41,579 nt of DNA from a virus (taxonomy: Duplodnaviria > Caudoviricetes): positions 1-41,579 of the IMG/VR virus record IMGVR_UViG_3300016478_000061; one strand, given 5' to 3'. A program made the translations under genes and the position numbers. The notes beneath the pieces were generated by a model. That model made no database searches. It worked only from the letters and a program-made list of their open reading frames with translations, and was not told the origin of the DNA. Positions 24,944 to 34,148 of this stretch are shown in pieces (within the stretch, counting starts at the first letter, position 1; every line of letters begins with the position of its first letter).

Positions 24944-25175
24944 GATAGCCGAGCCCACCAAGCTCCCTCACAGATAGGAGGTGATCTATCTCAAGCCGGT
25001 GGCATTCCGGTAAGCTCCGAGCACCGTCGAGACGATGGAGCGACGAGCACACAACCGTGATTACATTGTTTGCTTATGCCGTAGGGTTACCTCGTAAACT
25101 GGGGCTCTCAGTGTAATCACAGATGTGGAATATCCTGTGCAACGCCAACCTTGCCCTCTCCTGAGGGGCTTTTTT
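24940..25175 (+). ncRNA. Candidate ~235-nt structured ncRNA upstream of terS
   Basis: Multiple stems, an extended SD without a start codon, and a terminator at 25153-25175. Confidence 0.6.
25153..25175 (+). terminator. Intrinsic terminator
   Basis: GCCCTC-TCCT-GAGGGGC followed by T6. Confidence 0.75.
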
Positions 25176-25197
25176 ATTGCGGCGCGAAAAGTGGTAG

Positions 25198-25219
25198 ACT
25201 TAGCGGTAACTTAGCGGTA
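25198..25219 (+). repeat. Tandem 11-bp repeat ACTTAGCGGTA x2
   Basis: Read directly; lies just upstream of terS. Confidence 0.85.
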
Positions 25220-25230
25220 ATGAGCAACAG

Positions 25231-25689
25231 ATGATGAAGAAGCTGACCGAGAAGCAAGAAGCCTTTTGCCGGTACTTTATGGAGACCGGCGAGAAGACAA
25301 CCGCTTACAAGATGGCCTACAAGGCAGACAAGATGAAGCCGGCAGTGATTGCCGTCAAGGCGTGCGAGCTGGCAGTAGAGCCGCACGTCGCAGCACGCAT
25401 AGAGGAATTGCGGGAGGCCACCAAGGAGCGCAACCAGATCACCGTAGACACCCTCTTGGCCGAGCTGGAAGAAAACCGCCAGGCCGCCCTCTGCGCCGAG
25501 ACCCCCCAGGCCGCCGCAGCCACTGCTGCCACCATGGGCAAGGCCAAACTGCTGGGGCTGGATAAGCAGATCATCGATCTCAAGTCCTCCGACGGTAGCA
25601 TGACCCCCAAGGGCTCCATCAACATCGGCGAGCTGTCAGACTCCGCAATGGCCGAAATCCTCAAGGCGCGCGATGCTGCTAACTCCTGA
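25231..25689 (+). CDS. terS: Terminase small subunit
   Basis: LTEKQEAFCR.....G..T.AY..AY motif; precedes TerL. Confidence 0.92.
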   Translation: MMKKLTEKQEAFCRYFMETGEKTTAYKMAYKADKMKPAVIAVKACELAVEPHVAARIEELREATKERNQITVDTLLAELEENRQAALCAETPQAAAATAATMGKAKLLGLDKQIIDLKSSDGSMTPKGSINIGELSDSAMAEILKARDAANS

Positions 25690-27139
25690 CGTGCTCGACC
25701 AGATAGAGCGGGAATATTGCTCCCGCTCCCTGGCCAACTTCGTGCGCCGGGCGTGGCAGATACTGGACCCCGGTATGCCGCTGGTGTGGGGCCCGCACAT
25801 GGATGCGGTATGCCTGCACCTGGAGGCCGTGACCAAGGGGCAGATCAACCGCCTGTTGATCAACATCCCCCCCGGCACATCAAAATCTTCCCTGGTGTCA
25901 GTGTACTGGCCTGCGTGGGAGTGGGGGCCGAAGGGTATCCCCACCAACCGAGTAATCGGGGCGTCCCATGAGCAGAGCCTAGCGGTTCGTGACTCGACCA
26001 AAATGCGGCGCCTAGTGACTGATCCTTGGTACCAGAAGCTCTGGCCGACCAACCTGATGCGGGACAATAACCAGAAGCTGAGCTTTGAGAACGAAAGCAC
26101 CGGTTTCCGCCAGGCATGCGCCGTCCGCTCTATGACTGGCCGCCGGGGCGACCGGGTTATTTGGGATGACCCGCACAGCGCCGAAGATGCACACAGCCCA
26201 GCCGCCCTGATAGAGGCAGAGCGGATATTCAAGGAGACGCTGCCGACCCGCCTGGTCAGTCCCGAGCACTCCGCAATCGTGATCGTCATGCAGCGCCTGA
26301 ACGAGAATGACGTGTCAGGCATAATCCTGTCCGACGACTATGGCTACGAGCACCTATGCTTGCCAATGGAGTACGAGCGCGACAGGCACTGCAAGACTTC
26401 GATCGGGTGGGAGGACTGGCGCAAGGAAGAGGGGGAGCTGCTATTCCCCGACCGGTTCCCGGCGCACGTTGTCGAGCGTGACAAAAAGCTCATGGGCAGC
26501 CACGCCGTTGCCGGCCAGTTCCAGCAGAGGCCGAGCGCCAAGGGTGGCTCTGTGTTCCTTGACCACGGTCAGCGTTTCTACCTGCCAAAAGACCTGCCGG
26601 AGAAATTCGACCAAGTGATCTGCTCCTGGGACTGCACGTTCAAAGACACCGACGGATCTGACTACGTGGTCGGCCAGGTGTGGGGGCGCAAGGATGCCAA
26701 CTGCTACCTACTGGATCAGGTGCGCGACCGCATGAGCTTCACTAATACCAAGAAGGCCGTGGTTGCGCTCAAGGCATCACGAGACGACATCCGAGCGGTG
26801 CTGATAGAGGACAAGGCCAACGGCCCTGCTATCATCGACTCGCTCAAGATGGAGGTGCCAGGGCTACTGCCGGTAGAGCCTGACGGTTCCAAGCTGGCGC
26901 GAGCCCATGCGATCACCTACTTGTGGGAGGCGGGCAACATCATCCTTCCACACAAGGACATTGCGCCATGGGTGACAAGACTCACTGATGAGCTGTCATC
27001 CTTCCCGTTCGGGGCAAATGACGACCAGGTTGACTCGATGACCCAGGCTGTGCGTCATCTTTACCCGGTGCGCGGCAAGATCAAAATTTCGGAAGAAGCC
27101 AAGGCCCGCGCCATGCGGCATAATGTCATGAGACGATAA
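25673..27139 (+). CDS. terL: Terminase large subunit
   Basis: INIPPGTSKS, TGRRGD..IWDDP, MQRL, SWD, IEDKANG and DDQVDS motifs. Confidence 0.96.
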   Translation: MLLTPDVLDQIEREYCSRSLANFVRRAWQILDPGMPLVWGPHMDAVCLHLEAVTKGQINRLLINIPPGTSKSSLVSVYWPAWEWGPKGIPTNRVIGASHEQSLAVRDSTKMRRLVTDPWYQKLWPTNLMRDNNQKLSFENESTGFRQACAVRSMTGRRGDRVIWDDPHSAEDAHSPAALIEAERIFKETLPTRLVSPEHSAIVIVMQRLNENDVSGIILSDDYGYEHLCLPMEYERDRHCKTSIGWEDWRKEEGELLFPDRFPAHVVERDKKLMGSHAVAGQFQQRPSAKGGSVFLDHGQRFYLPKDLPEKFDQVICSWDCTFKDTDGSDYVVGQVWGRKDANCYLLDQVRDRMSFTNTKKAVVALKASRDDIRAVLIEDKANGPAIIDSLKMEVPGLLPVEPDGSKLARAHAITYLWEAGNIILPHKDIAPWVTRLTDELSSFPFGANDDQVDSMTQAVRHLYPVRGKIKISEEAKARAMRHNVMRR

Positions 27140-27180
27140 CCAGGGGCGCCGACCGGCGCCGCCATAAATAGGAGCGCCCC

Positions 27181-28728
27181 ATGTGGCCATTTGACATCAA
27201 GAAGAAGCGCCTCGCCGAATTGCAGGCAGCAGTTGAGGCGGCCAAGGCGGAGGAGCAAGAGAAGGCCCGCAAGCGCAGCCTAGCCAGGGCCAAGCTGCGC
27301 TCCATGGAGAAGCGAGCGCGTGATGCTGCCGTTCGCTGGGAGGCGCCGGTTCTGGTCCCTGGCGTTGTCCCTTCCGGAACCACCCCCGCCGTGGCCATGG
27401 ACTCCCTGTGCGGGCCGACTTACCAGTTCTTGAACTCGGCGGCCGGCGGGCTCTATGCTGCCAACATCCAGCCGTTCCCCGGATACCAGAACCTGGCCGC
27501 ATTGGCCACCCGCCCCGAGTATCGCGCTTTCGCTTCCACCATCAGCACCGAGCTGACCCGTGAGTGGATCGAGATCACCAGCAAGGACCGCAAGGACGCC
27601 AAGAAGCTGGCAGACAAGATCAAGGAGCTGGAAGAAGCCTGTGAGTACTTCGACCTGCGCGGGGTGTTCCGCCGCAGCTCCGAGCAGGAGACATTCTTTG
27701 GTCGGGGGCAGATCTCCATCAACATCAAGGGCGCCGACATCGCTGTCCCCCTCATCCTGGACCCGCACACCATTCCGCAGGGCAGTCTGCGCGACTTCAC
27801 CACCATCGAGGCGATGTGGACGAGCCCCAGCACCTACAACGCCATCGACCCGACTGCGCCGGACTTCTACAAGCCCAGTTCGTGGTGGGTGCTCGGGCGA
27901 GAGATGCATGCCTCCCGCCTGCTGACCATCATCACCAGGCCGCTGCCGGACATGCTCAAGCCCGCCTACAATTTCTCTGGCATGTCGCTGTCACAGCTGG
28001 CCCAGCCATACGTGGAAAACTGGCTGCGCACCCGCCAGGCGGTGAGCGATCTGGTGGACAAGTTCAGCCGCACTTTCCTCAAGACCGACATGGCCCAAGT
28101 CCTCAACGGTGGAGATGGCGGTGATCTGTTTGACCGTCTCGACATCTACGTCAACACCTTCTCGAACCTGGGAATGGGGGTGATGGACAAGGATGCTGAG
28201 GACATCGTGCAGGTCAATACCCCGCTGTCTGGCCTGCACGAACTACAGGCCCAGGCCCAAGAGCACATGTGCTCAGTGAGCCGGATCCCCGCCATGGTGC
28301 TGACCGGTATCAGCCCGTCAGGCCTTAATGCGTCGAGCGACGGGGAGGTCCGAGCCTTCTACGACTGGATCGGGGCGATGCAGGAGGCGTACTACTACCA
28401 GCCGATAGACATCTGCCTGAAGGTGATCCAGCTTCACCTATGGGGTGAGATTGACGACTCCATCACCTTCAAGTTCAAGTCTCTCTGGCAGACCAGCGCC
28501 AAGGAAGAAAGCGAGATCCGTCTCAACCGTGCAAATGAGGCGCAGGTTTACATCACCAATAGCGTCATCGACCCGGCAGAGGCCCGCCAGCAATTGGCCG
28601 ATGACCCCGAATCCGGGTGGGATAACATCGACGGGGAGCTAGAGATTGTGGAGCCGGGGATGTTTGATGATGAGGCAGGCCCCGACGCGCAGACGCCGGA
28701 TGTTCCGCCAGGCGAGGAGGGCCAGTAA
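27181..28728 (+). CDS. Portal protein (DUF1073)
   Basis: Follows TerL; HASRLL and IP..VLTGISPSGLNAS..E...FYD motifs. Confidence 0.92.
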   Translation: MWPFDIKKKRLAELQAAVEAAKAEEQEKARKRSLARAKLRSMEKRARDAAVRWEAPVLVPGVVPSGTTPAVAMDSLCGPTYQFLNSAAGGLYAANIQPFPGYQNLAALATRPEYRAFASTISTELTREWIEITSKDRKDAKKLADKIKELEEACEYFDLRGVFRRSSEQETFFGRGQISINIKGADIAVPLILDPHTIPQGSLRDFTTIEAMWTSPSTYNAIDPTAPDFYKPSSWWVLGREMHASRLLTIITRPLPDMLKPAYNFSGMSLSQLAQPYVENWLRTRQAVSDLVDKFSRTFLKTDMAQVLNGGDGGDLFDRLDIYVNTFSNLGMGVMDKDAEDIVQVNTPLSGLHELQAQAQEHMCSVSRIPAMVLTGISPSGLNASSDGEVRAFYDWIGAMQEAYYYQPIDICLKVIQLHLWGEIDDSITFKFKSLWQTSAKEESEIRLNRANEAQVYITNSVIDPAEARQQLADDPESGWDNIDGELEIVEPGMFDDEAGPDAQTPDVPPGEEGQ

Positions 28729-29504
28729 TGGCCCAAAAACCCAAGACAGTCCGCGCCATACACTCGAATCGTGGAGTTGAGGTGCGTTATCGCAAAGCGC
28801 TGGAGGGTCTCATCAAGGAGATGAGCAACTCCGCCGAATACTGGCTGGCGGCGCAGTACCGGAAGGCGCCGCCCGAGATCGCCGAGGACGCACTTCCCGC
28901 CGCCGAGATGGCCGCCAGGGTGCGCGAGGTGTCCAAGAGGTGGATAGCCAGATTCAGCGACATGGCCGACGACATCGCCAAGCGATTCACAGCCGGCAGC
29001 ATCAAGGCCACCGACAACTCGTTCCAGAATGCGCTCAAGGATGCGGGATGGGCGGTTGACTTCAAGATGACCCGAGCCATGCAGGACGTAGCCAAGGCCG
29101 CCGTGGTGGAGAATGTGGCGCTCATCAAGTCGATACCGCAGCATTATTTCCTAGAGGTGGAGGGAATCGTAATGCGGGGGTACAGCAGGGGGCGAGACCT
29201 GCAGGAGATAACCAAAGAGCTGCAATATCGATACGGCATAACCAAGCGCCGGGCTGCACTGATTGCGCGTGACCAATCCAACAAACTGAACGCCGTGACC
29301 ACCCAGGCCCGTCGCCAGGAGATCGGAATCACTGAAGCGGTATGGCAGCACTCGCATGGCGGGAAGGAGCCCAGGAGGTCACACGTTGCGGCAGATGGCA
29401 GAAAGTTCAAAATTGCCGAGGGGTGCCTGATTGATGGCAAGCGGATCCTACCAGGCGAGGAGATCAACTGCCGGTGCGTGAGCAAGAGCGTGCTGCCGTT
29501 TTGA
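28728..29504 (+). CDS. Head morphogenesis protein (SPP1 gp7/Mu F-like)
   Basis: RA.LIARDQ..K, W.HS, PR.SH and PGEEINCRC motifs. Confidence 0.92.
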   Translation: MAQKPKTVRAIHSNRGVEVRYRKALEGLIKEMSNSAEYWLAAQYRKAPPEIAEDALPAAEMAARVREVSKRWIARFSDMADDIAKRFTAGSIKATDNSFQNALKDAGWAVDFKMTRAMQDVAKAAVVENVALIKSIPQHYFLEVEGIVMRGYSRGRDLQEITKELQYRYGITKRRAALIARDQSNKLNAVTTQARRQEIGITEAVWQHSHGGKEPRRSHVAADGRKFKIAEGCLIDGKRILPGEEINCRCVSKSVLPF

Positions 29505-29522
29505 CTTTGACAGCAGGTAAAG

Positions 29523-29546
29523 AAAAGGCCCCATAATGGGGCCTTG
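29523..29546. terminator. Bidirectional terminator
   Basis: AAGGCCCCA-TAA-TGGGGCCTT between convergent genes. Confidence 0.8.
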
Positions 29547-29549
29547 TTG

Positions 29550-30437
29550 TTATGGGCGGCGGATGAACTTCCAATTCGCAATAGCTCTGGAAATGAGATG
29601 CCCTGTTTGAGATGGAAAGCTTACACTCATGGCGCTACCATCGATGCGCCTAATCACCCCAACCTCGCCAACATTAACACCGCCGCCGTTCGGTGCCGTC
29701 AGCGCTACCTCGCCTCCCACCCGGAGATCCAGCTAGTCGGTAATCACTAGCTCAGGCTCCGGCTCCGGCGCCGCAACACTCAGCACCAACCCAAGCGCTT
29801 TGCCCGCAGCAACCAGCTCGACCAGCCTTGCATCCGCATCCGCCTTCGCGCCATCAGCCTCTTCCTGTTTGCGGTCGGCGTAGTCCTTGAGGTTGCGGTA
29901 GTCGGCGGCCAGCTGTTCGATGGTTGGCTTGGTTTCTTCCGCCTGATCGGACTCAGGCTTCGCTTGCTCAGTCTTGCGTAAGCGATACGCGACCACATCG
30001 CCCTTCATGCCAAGATGCTCCCAGCGTGAGTTCCGACTTCCGAGAGCAAAGGCGTTAGCAAACTCCTCGCCGTCTCGATACCGTATTGATATTGGGGTGC
30101 CCTCTGCCACTGGGCACTCTCCGCCTTTCCACTCAATCCACCCATCCGCATCCGGCGTTGGGTGCAGGTGGAAGTATTCTTCTCGCGATAGGATGGCTTG
30201 GTGCCAGTTGTCGAATTTCACTGCTGGTAACTTGTCAACCACCATAGACCAGTAGCTATGGAAGCCACCGGAAGTGGGGACGTACTCCGGATCTGAGCCT
30301 TCCTCGCCAAACCACACCTCGTGGCACGGGTGGCCCCTCAGCTTGCCTTGGAACCAAGCGAACCTAGCCCCATCACGCCAACCACCATTCTCATGGATAA
30401 TCTTGGCCAGTTGCTTCTTGCTGTTGCTGATTCTCAT
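29550..30437 (-). CDS. Moron-like modular protein with an in-frame TAG at 29733-29735 followed by 60 further codons
   Basis: CACAGGAGA RBS, DGWIEWKGGECPV module, coiled coil, then ITD*LDLRVGGEV...WKFIRRP* ending beside the terminator. Confidence 0.75.
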
Positions 30438-30466
30438 TTCTCACTCTCCTGTGTAATTAACACAAG

Positions 30467-30531
30467 AATCATAGCTCAATAAATGCAAGCCGCCAACCAT
30501 GATTGCAATAAAATCACCAAAGCCATATCAT
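30467..30531. promoter_or_regulatory. Divergent promoters (moron / head operon)
   Basis: Minus: TTGGCG-N17-TATGAT. Plus: TTGCAA-N17-TATCAT (30503-30531). Confidence 0.6.
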
Positions 30532-30561
30532 TATCCCAGTTCATGAAACGTGGTTCAGGTG

Positions 30562-31824
30562 ATGCCCAATCCAAACTTGATGGCCTTTGACCGGCAATCC
30601 GCTCGCAGCATTGACGCTGACGGGCGTCTGCACGTTTCCAAGACCAACATCAGCAAGGCGAACGTCTGCCCGTACTTCGGTCGAGAGATTCCGAATTGGC
30701 AAGAGCTGGGCCTGGATGCTGACAAGGTTTACCGCCTTTACCGAGATCCGGACGAGCTTGCCAAGGGCGCCAGCACGTTCAACAACCTGCCCATTCTCAA
30801 TAAGCACATCCCCGTTACTGTTGACGCCCCGCAGAAGGACAACGTTGTAGGATCCATCGGCTCTGATGTGGTTTTCGACACGCCCTACCTGCAAGCATCC
30901 CTCTGCATCTGGGACGCCGCCGCAATCGCTGGCGTCGAATCCGAGAAGCAATGCGAACTCTCCTGCGGATATCGCTATGACCCAGACATGACCCCCGGCA
31001 CCACCAGTGACGGAGAGGCCTATGACGGCGTGATGCGCAATATTCGCGGCAACCACCTGGCGCTTGTGGAAGTTGGCCGCGCCGGGCCGGATGTGGTGGT
31101 GGCCGACTCCAGTCCATTCCATAAACCAAAGGAAACCCCCGCCATGAAAATGACCAAGCTGGGCAAAGCCCTCGCTCTGTCGCTTCAAGGCCTGTCCCCG
31201 AAAATCGCTCAGGACTCCGCACTGCCGGCCCTGGTGGGGGAAGCCGAGAAGAAAACCTTCAAGAAGGCAGCCGTGCTGAAAGGCCTGCTTGCCATGGACT
31301 CCGAGATCGACGCTGAGAAAGCCGACGAGATCATCGACGCCGTTCTGGGTGTCGAGGAGTCTCCCGAGCCGGTGGAGCTGGAGCGCGAGATCGTCGAGGA
31401 CGAGCACGACGTGATGGCCTTCCTGGCTGGCAAGCTCTCCCCCGAGGACCTGGAAGCCGTAAAAGGCATGATGGGAGCCAAGGCAGAGGACGAGGCTCCT
31501 GCCATGAAGCCTGAAGACGTCGAAGCCACCGTTGAGGCCGCCATGGACTCCATGAAGGTTGCCTTCCGCCAGCTGGAGCAGGCCAAGGTGGATGTGCGCG
31601 CCGTTGTCGGTGACGTGATCGGCATGGACAGCGCAGAAGAAGTGTACCGCTTCGCCCTTGGTAAGATGGGCCACGACCACAAAGACATGCCGGCCGCCGG
31701 CCTGCGCACCATGTTCAATGCCGTCAAGGATCTCCGCTCCGCGCCGAAAAACACCCCCGAGATGGCGCAGGATGCTGCCGCCACCGTGGACAAGTTCAAC
31801 CTCGGCCGGTTCGGTCGAGCCTAA
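30562..31824 (+). CDS. Head maturation protease / scaffold (DUF2213)
   Basis: ISKANVCPY.G.EIP, ELSCGY and NHLALV..GRAG motifs; acidic scaffold C-terminus. Start could be 30550. Confidence 0.9.
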   Translation: MPNPNLMAFDRQSARSIDADGRLHVSKTNISKANVCPYFGREIPNWQELGLDADKVYRLYRDPDELAKGASTFNNLPILNKHIPVTVDAPQKDNVVGSIGSDVVFDTPYLQASLCIWDAAAIAGVESEKQCELSCGYRYDPDMTPGTTSDGEAYDGVMRNIRGNHLALVEVGRAGPDVVVADSSPFHKPKETPAMKMTKLGKALALSLQGLSPKIAQDSALPALVGEAEKKTFKKAAVLKGLLAMDSEIDAEKADEIIDAVLGVEESPEPVELEREIVEDEHDVMAFLAGKLSPEDLEAVKGMMGAKAEDEAPAMKPEDVEATVEAAMDSMKVAFRQLEQAKVDVRAVVGDVIGMDSAEEVYRFALGKMGHDHKDMPAAGLRTMFNAVKDLRSAPKNTPEMAQDAAATVDKFNLGRFGRA

Positions 31825-31839
31825 GAAGGAGCCTACAAA

Positions 31840-32319
31840 ATGGGTTTTCAAACTACCGTAAACCTCCAGCAGGCTCCCGCAGTCGCTGGTGACTTTGCCA
31901 CCGCCAACCCGCGCGCATCCTTCCCAGCTGGCGAAGGTCAGTACGTGGCTGGTGCCGCTGGCGTAACCGTCGGCCGCTTTGCGTGGATCGACGCCACCAC
32001 CGGTCTGGTGTCCAACACCGGCACCGGCAAACCGGATGGCTTCATCCACCGCGAGCAGCAAGCGCTGATTACCACCTATTTGGCCGAGTCCAGCAATCTG
32101 GTGCCGCAGGGCTTCCCTGTGATCGTGATGCGCACCGGAGACTACTGGGCCACTTCCACTGTGGCAGCCGCCACCAAAGGGCAGAAGGCTTTCGCCAAGC
32201 TGTCCGACGGCACCATCCAGCCCGGCGCTGCTGGCGCTACCATTGCCGGTTTCGTAGAGACCGACTTCGTTATCACCCAAGGCTGCGCTCTCAACGAGCT
32301 GCTCGTCATGTCCCTGTAA
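31840..32319 (+). CDS. Capsid decoration/cement protein
   Basis: FQ..VN...APAVAGDFA..NP and GVTVGRFAW motifs; immediately before the MCP. Confidence 0.82.
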   Translation: MGFQTTVNLQQAPAVAGDFATANPRASFPAGEGQYVAGAAGVTVGRFAWIDATTGLVSNTGTGKPDGFIHREQQALITTYLAESSNLVPQGFPVIVMRTGDYWATSTVAAATKGQKAFAKLSDGTIQPGAAGATIAGFVETDFVITQGCALNELLVMSL

Positions 32320-32331
32320 GGAGCTGCCAAC

Positions 32332-33384
32332 ATGCCGCAACCCATCGATTTTCGCCAGCTGGCATCCCGTGCGGGGATCCACTTCATGGGCGTTCAGCCC
32401 TTGGCGCTGGATACCGACTTCATTCATGACATTGCTCTGGCGCAAGATGCCCAGCCTGGCTTGGTTACCGTTTCCAACTCCGGTATCCCGTCCTTCCTGA
32501 CCACCTATATCGACCCGAAGTTCATCGAGGTACTGGTTGCCCCGATCGAAGCGGCCGAGGCTGCCGGTTCGGAAGTGAAGAAGGGCGACTGGATCACCGA
32601 AACCGCCATGTTCCCTGTCGTGGAAGCCACCGGCCAGACCGCGGCCTATGGTGACTACAACAACGCCGGTTCCGCTGGCGCCAACACCAACTGGCCGCAG
32701 CGCCAATCGTTCCATTATCAAACCATTACCCAATGGGGCGAGAAGGAACTGGAGCGCGCTGGTGCAGCCCGTATCGACTGGGCAAGCCAAGTTAACGCCG
32801 CTTCCGCGCTGACCCTGAACAAGTTCCAGAACTTGTCCTACCTGTTCGGTGTGAAGAACCTGCAGAACTACGGCATGACCAACGATCCGGCGCTGCCTTC
32901 CAACCTGACCCCAGCCACCAAGGCAGCTGGCGGCACCAAGTGGGTCGGCACCGGTGGCGTGCCGAACGCCACCGCGCTGGAGGTGCTGAAGGATATCCAG
33001 TCTATGTACTGGAACCTGCAATCTCGCCTGAAGGGTAACGTCAAGCTCAACAGCAACATGACCCTGATCATGTCGCCGAATGCCGAGCTGGCGCTGACCT
33101 TCACCAACGAGTTCAACGTCAACGTTGCCGATCTGCTGAAGAAGAACTACCCGAACCTGAAGGTCAAGACCGTGCCGGAGTACGCCACCGCTTCCGGCGA
33201 GCTGGTTCAGCTGGTTGTCGATGACATCAAGGGTCAGCGCACCTGGGATTGCTGCTTCACTGAGAAGATGCGCGCCCATCCGGTGTTTGTGGATCTGTCC
33301 AGCTTCAAGCAGAAGAAGAGCCAGGGCACCTGGGGTACCGTCATTTATCGCCCGATGGCGGTACAGGGCATGCTCGGCGTCTGA
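32332..33384 (+). CDS. Major capsid protein (DUF2184-like)
   Basis: 350 aa with strong codon bias; KKGDW, YGDY, RQS..YQT and YG..NDP.L motifs. Confidence 0.92.
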   Translation: MPQPIDFRQLASRAGIHFMGVQPLALDTDFIHDIALAQDAQPGLVTVSNSGIPSFLTTYIDPKFIEVLVAPIEAAEAAGSEVKKGDWITETAMFPVVEATGQTAAYGDYNNAGSAGANTNWPQRQSFHYQTITQWGEKELERAGAARIDWASQVNAASALTLNKFQNLSYLFGVKNLQNYGMTNDPALPSNLTPATKAAGGTKWVGTGGVPNATALEVLKDIQSMYWNLQSRLKGNVKLNSNMTLIMSPNAELALTFTNEFNVNVADLLKKNYPNLKVKTVPEYATASGELVQLVVDDIKGQRTWDCCFTEKMRAHPVFVDLSSFKQKKSQGTWGTVIYRPMAVQGMLGV

Positions 33385-33399
33385 TGCTGTGCTAAGATG

Positions 33400-33420
33400 G
33401 GGGCGAAAGCCCCCTCTTTT
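33400..33420 (+). terminator. Hairpin/terminator after the MCP
   Basis: GGGGC-GAAA-GCCCC followed by CTCTTTT. Confidence 0.65.
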
Positions 33421-33430
33421 GTTGAAGGTG

Positions 33431-33631
33431 ATGACGATGAGTGATGAAGTGAAGCAGGCGGAAGATGAAAAGCCAAAGGTAGGCGACGTAGTTGAGCTTA
33501 TCAGCGGCAGTGACCCCATGACCGTTACCGGATTCCTTGATGGGCTGGTTCTGCATTACTGGAACTACGACAAGTCTGAAATGGTTTGCGCTGGTGTGTT
33601 CAGCGCCAAGGCTGTCAGGAAGATTCGATGA
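33431..33631 (+). CDS. YodC/DUF2158-like small protein 1
   Basis: KVGDVVELISGSDPMTV motif. Confidence 0.65.
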   Translation: MTMSDEVKQAEDEKPKVGDVVELISGSDPMTVTGFLDGLVLHYWNYDKSEMVCAGVFSAKAVRKIR

Positions 33632-33804
33632 AACATTTTACCCCCGGTGAAATAGTCCGACTCCGATCTGGCTCCCCGAGCATGACCGTAGAGCGAACCG
33701 CAGGCCGCATCGTTGATTGCGCGTGGTTTGTGGACGGACAGTTGCGCACCGGGACTTTTGATGCTGATGCGCTGATGATTGACGAAAAAGGATCCAAACA
33801 ATGA
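33628..33804 (+). CDS. YodC/DUF2158-like small protein 2
   Basis: F.PGEIVRLRSGSPSMTV....CAWF......F...AL motif. Confidence 0.78.
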   Translation: MKHFTPGEIVRLRSGSPSMTVERTAGRIVDCAWFVDGQLRTGTFDADALMIDEKGSKQ

Positions 33805-34145
33805 GCAAAATTACTGTGGGCTGCCGCCTGCCGCTGGGCCTTATCCTGCGACTGCAAGATGGCAGTGGCAACGAGACCCGCGTTGAGCTGCGCGGCCAGA
33901 ACGCCGACATGAACGGTGCGATCTACATTCGCGAGACCATGTGTGGCTACACCGAAGTCGATAAGGACTTCTGGGATAAGTGGTGCGAGCTGCACAAGGA
34001 TTTTGAGCCGCTGGTTAATGGCGACATCTTCGCAGAAGCAACTGAATCCAAAGCTCGAGGCGCAGCCAAAGAGCGCGTCAAGAACAAGACCGGCCTTGAG
34101 GGTGCGGATGCCGAAGAGAACGATCTGACGAAGGCAGAGGAGTAA
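33801..34145 (+). CDS. Conserved head-region protein
   Basis: VGCRLP.GL, G.T.VDKDFW..W and TGLE motifs. Confidence 0.75.
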   Translation: MSKITVGCRLPLGLILRLQDGSGNETRVELRGQNADMNGAIYIRETMCGYTEVDKDFWDKWCELHKDFEPLVNGDIFAEATESKARGAAKERVKNKTGLEGADAEENDLTKAEE

Positions 34146-34148
34146 AAC

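Noticed and set aside
25065-25156. HDV-like/theta ribozyme (CCTCG loop, GCCAA before a P2-like stem)
   Set aside because: I could not build a convincing P1 with the following GG for P1.1. A covariance-model search would be needed.
27181-28728. Anti-CBASS Acb1 label sometimes attached to DUF1073 proteins
   Set aside because: Position and motifs indicate an ordinary portal; no 2H phosphodiesterase HxT pair was recognised.
31822-32334. Possible read-through fusion of three same-frame head genes
   Set aside because: The stops are TAA, each gene has its own AAGGAG RBS, and a shared frame arises by chance 1 time in 9.
30541-33519. 992-aa antisense ORF across protease, decoration and MCP genes
   Set aside because: The three sense genes share one frame and avoid TTA/CTA/TCA codons, producing a shadow ORF. 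It has no RBS or recognisable motifs.
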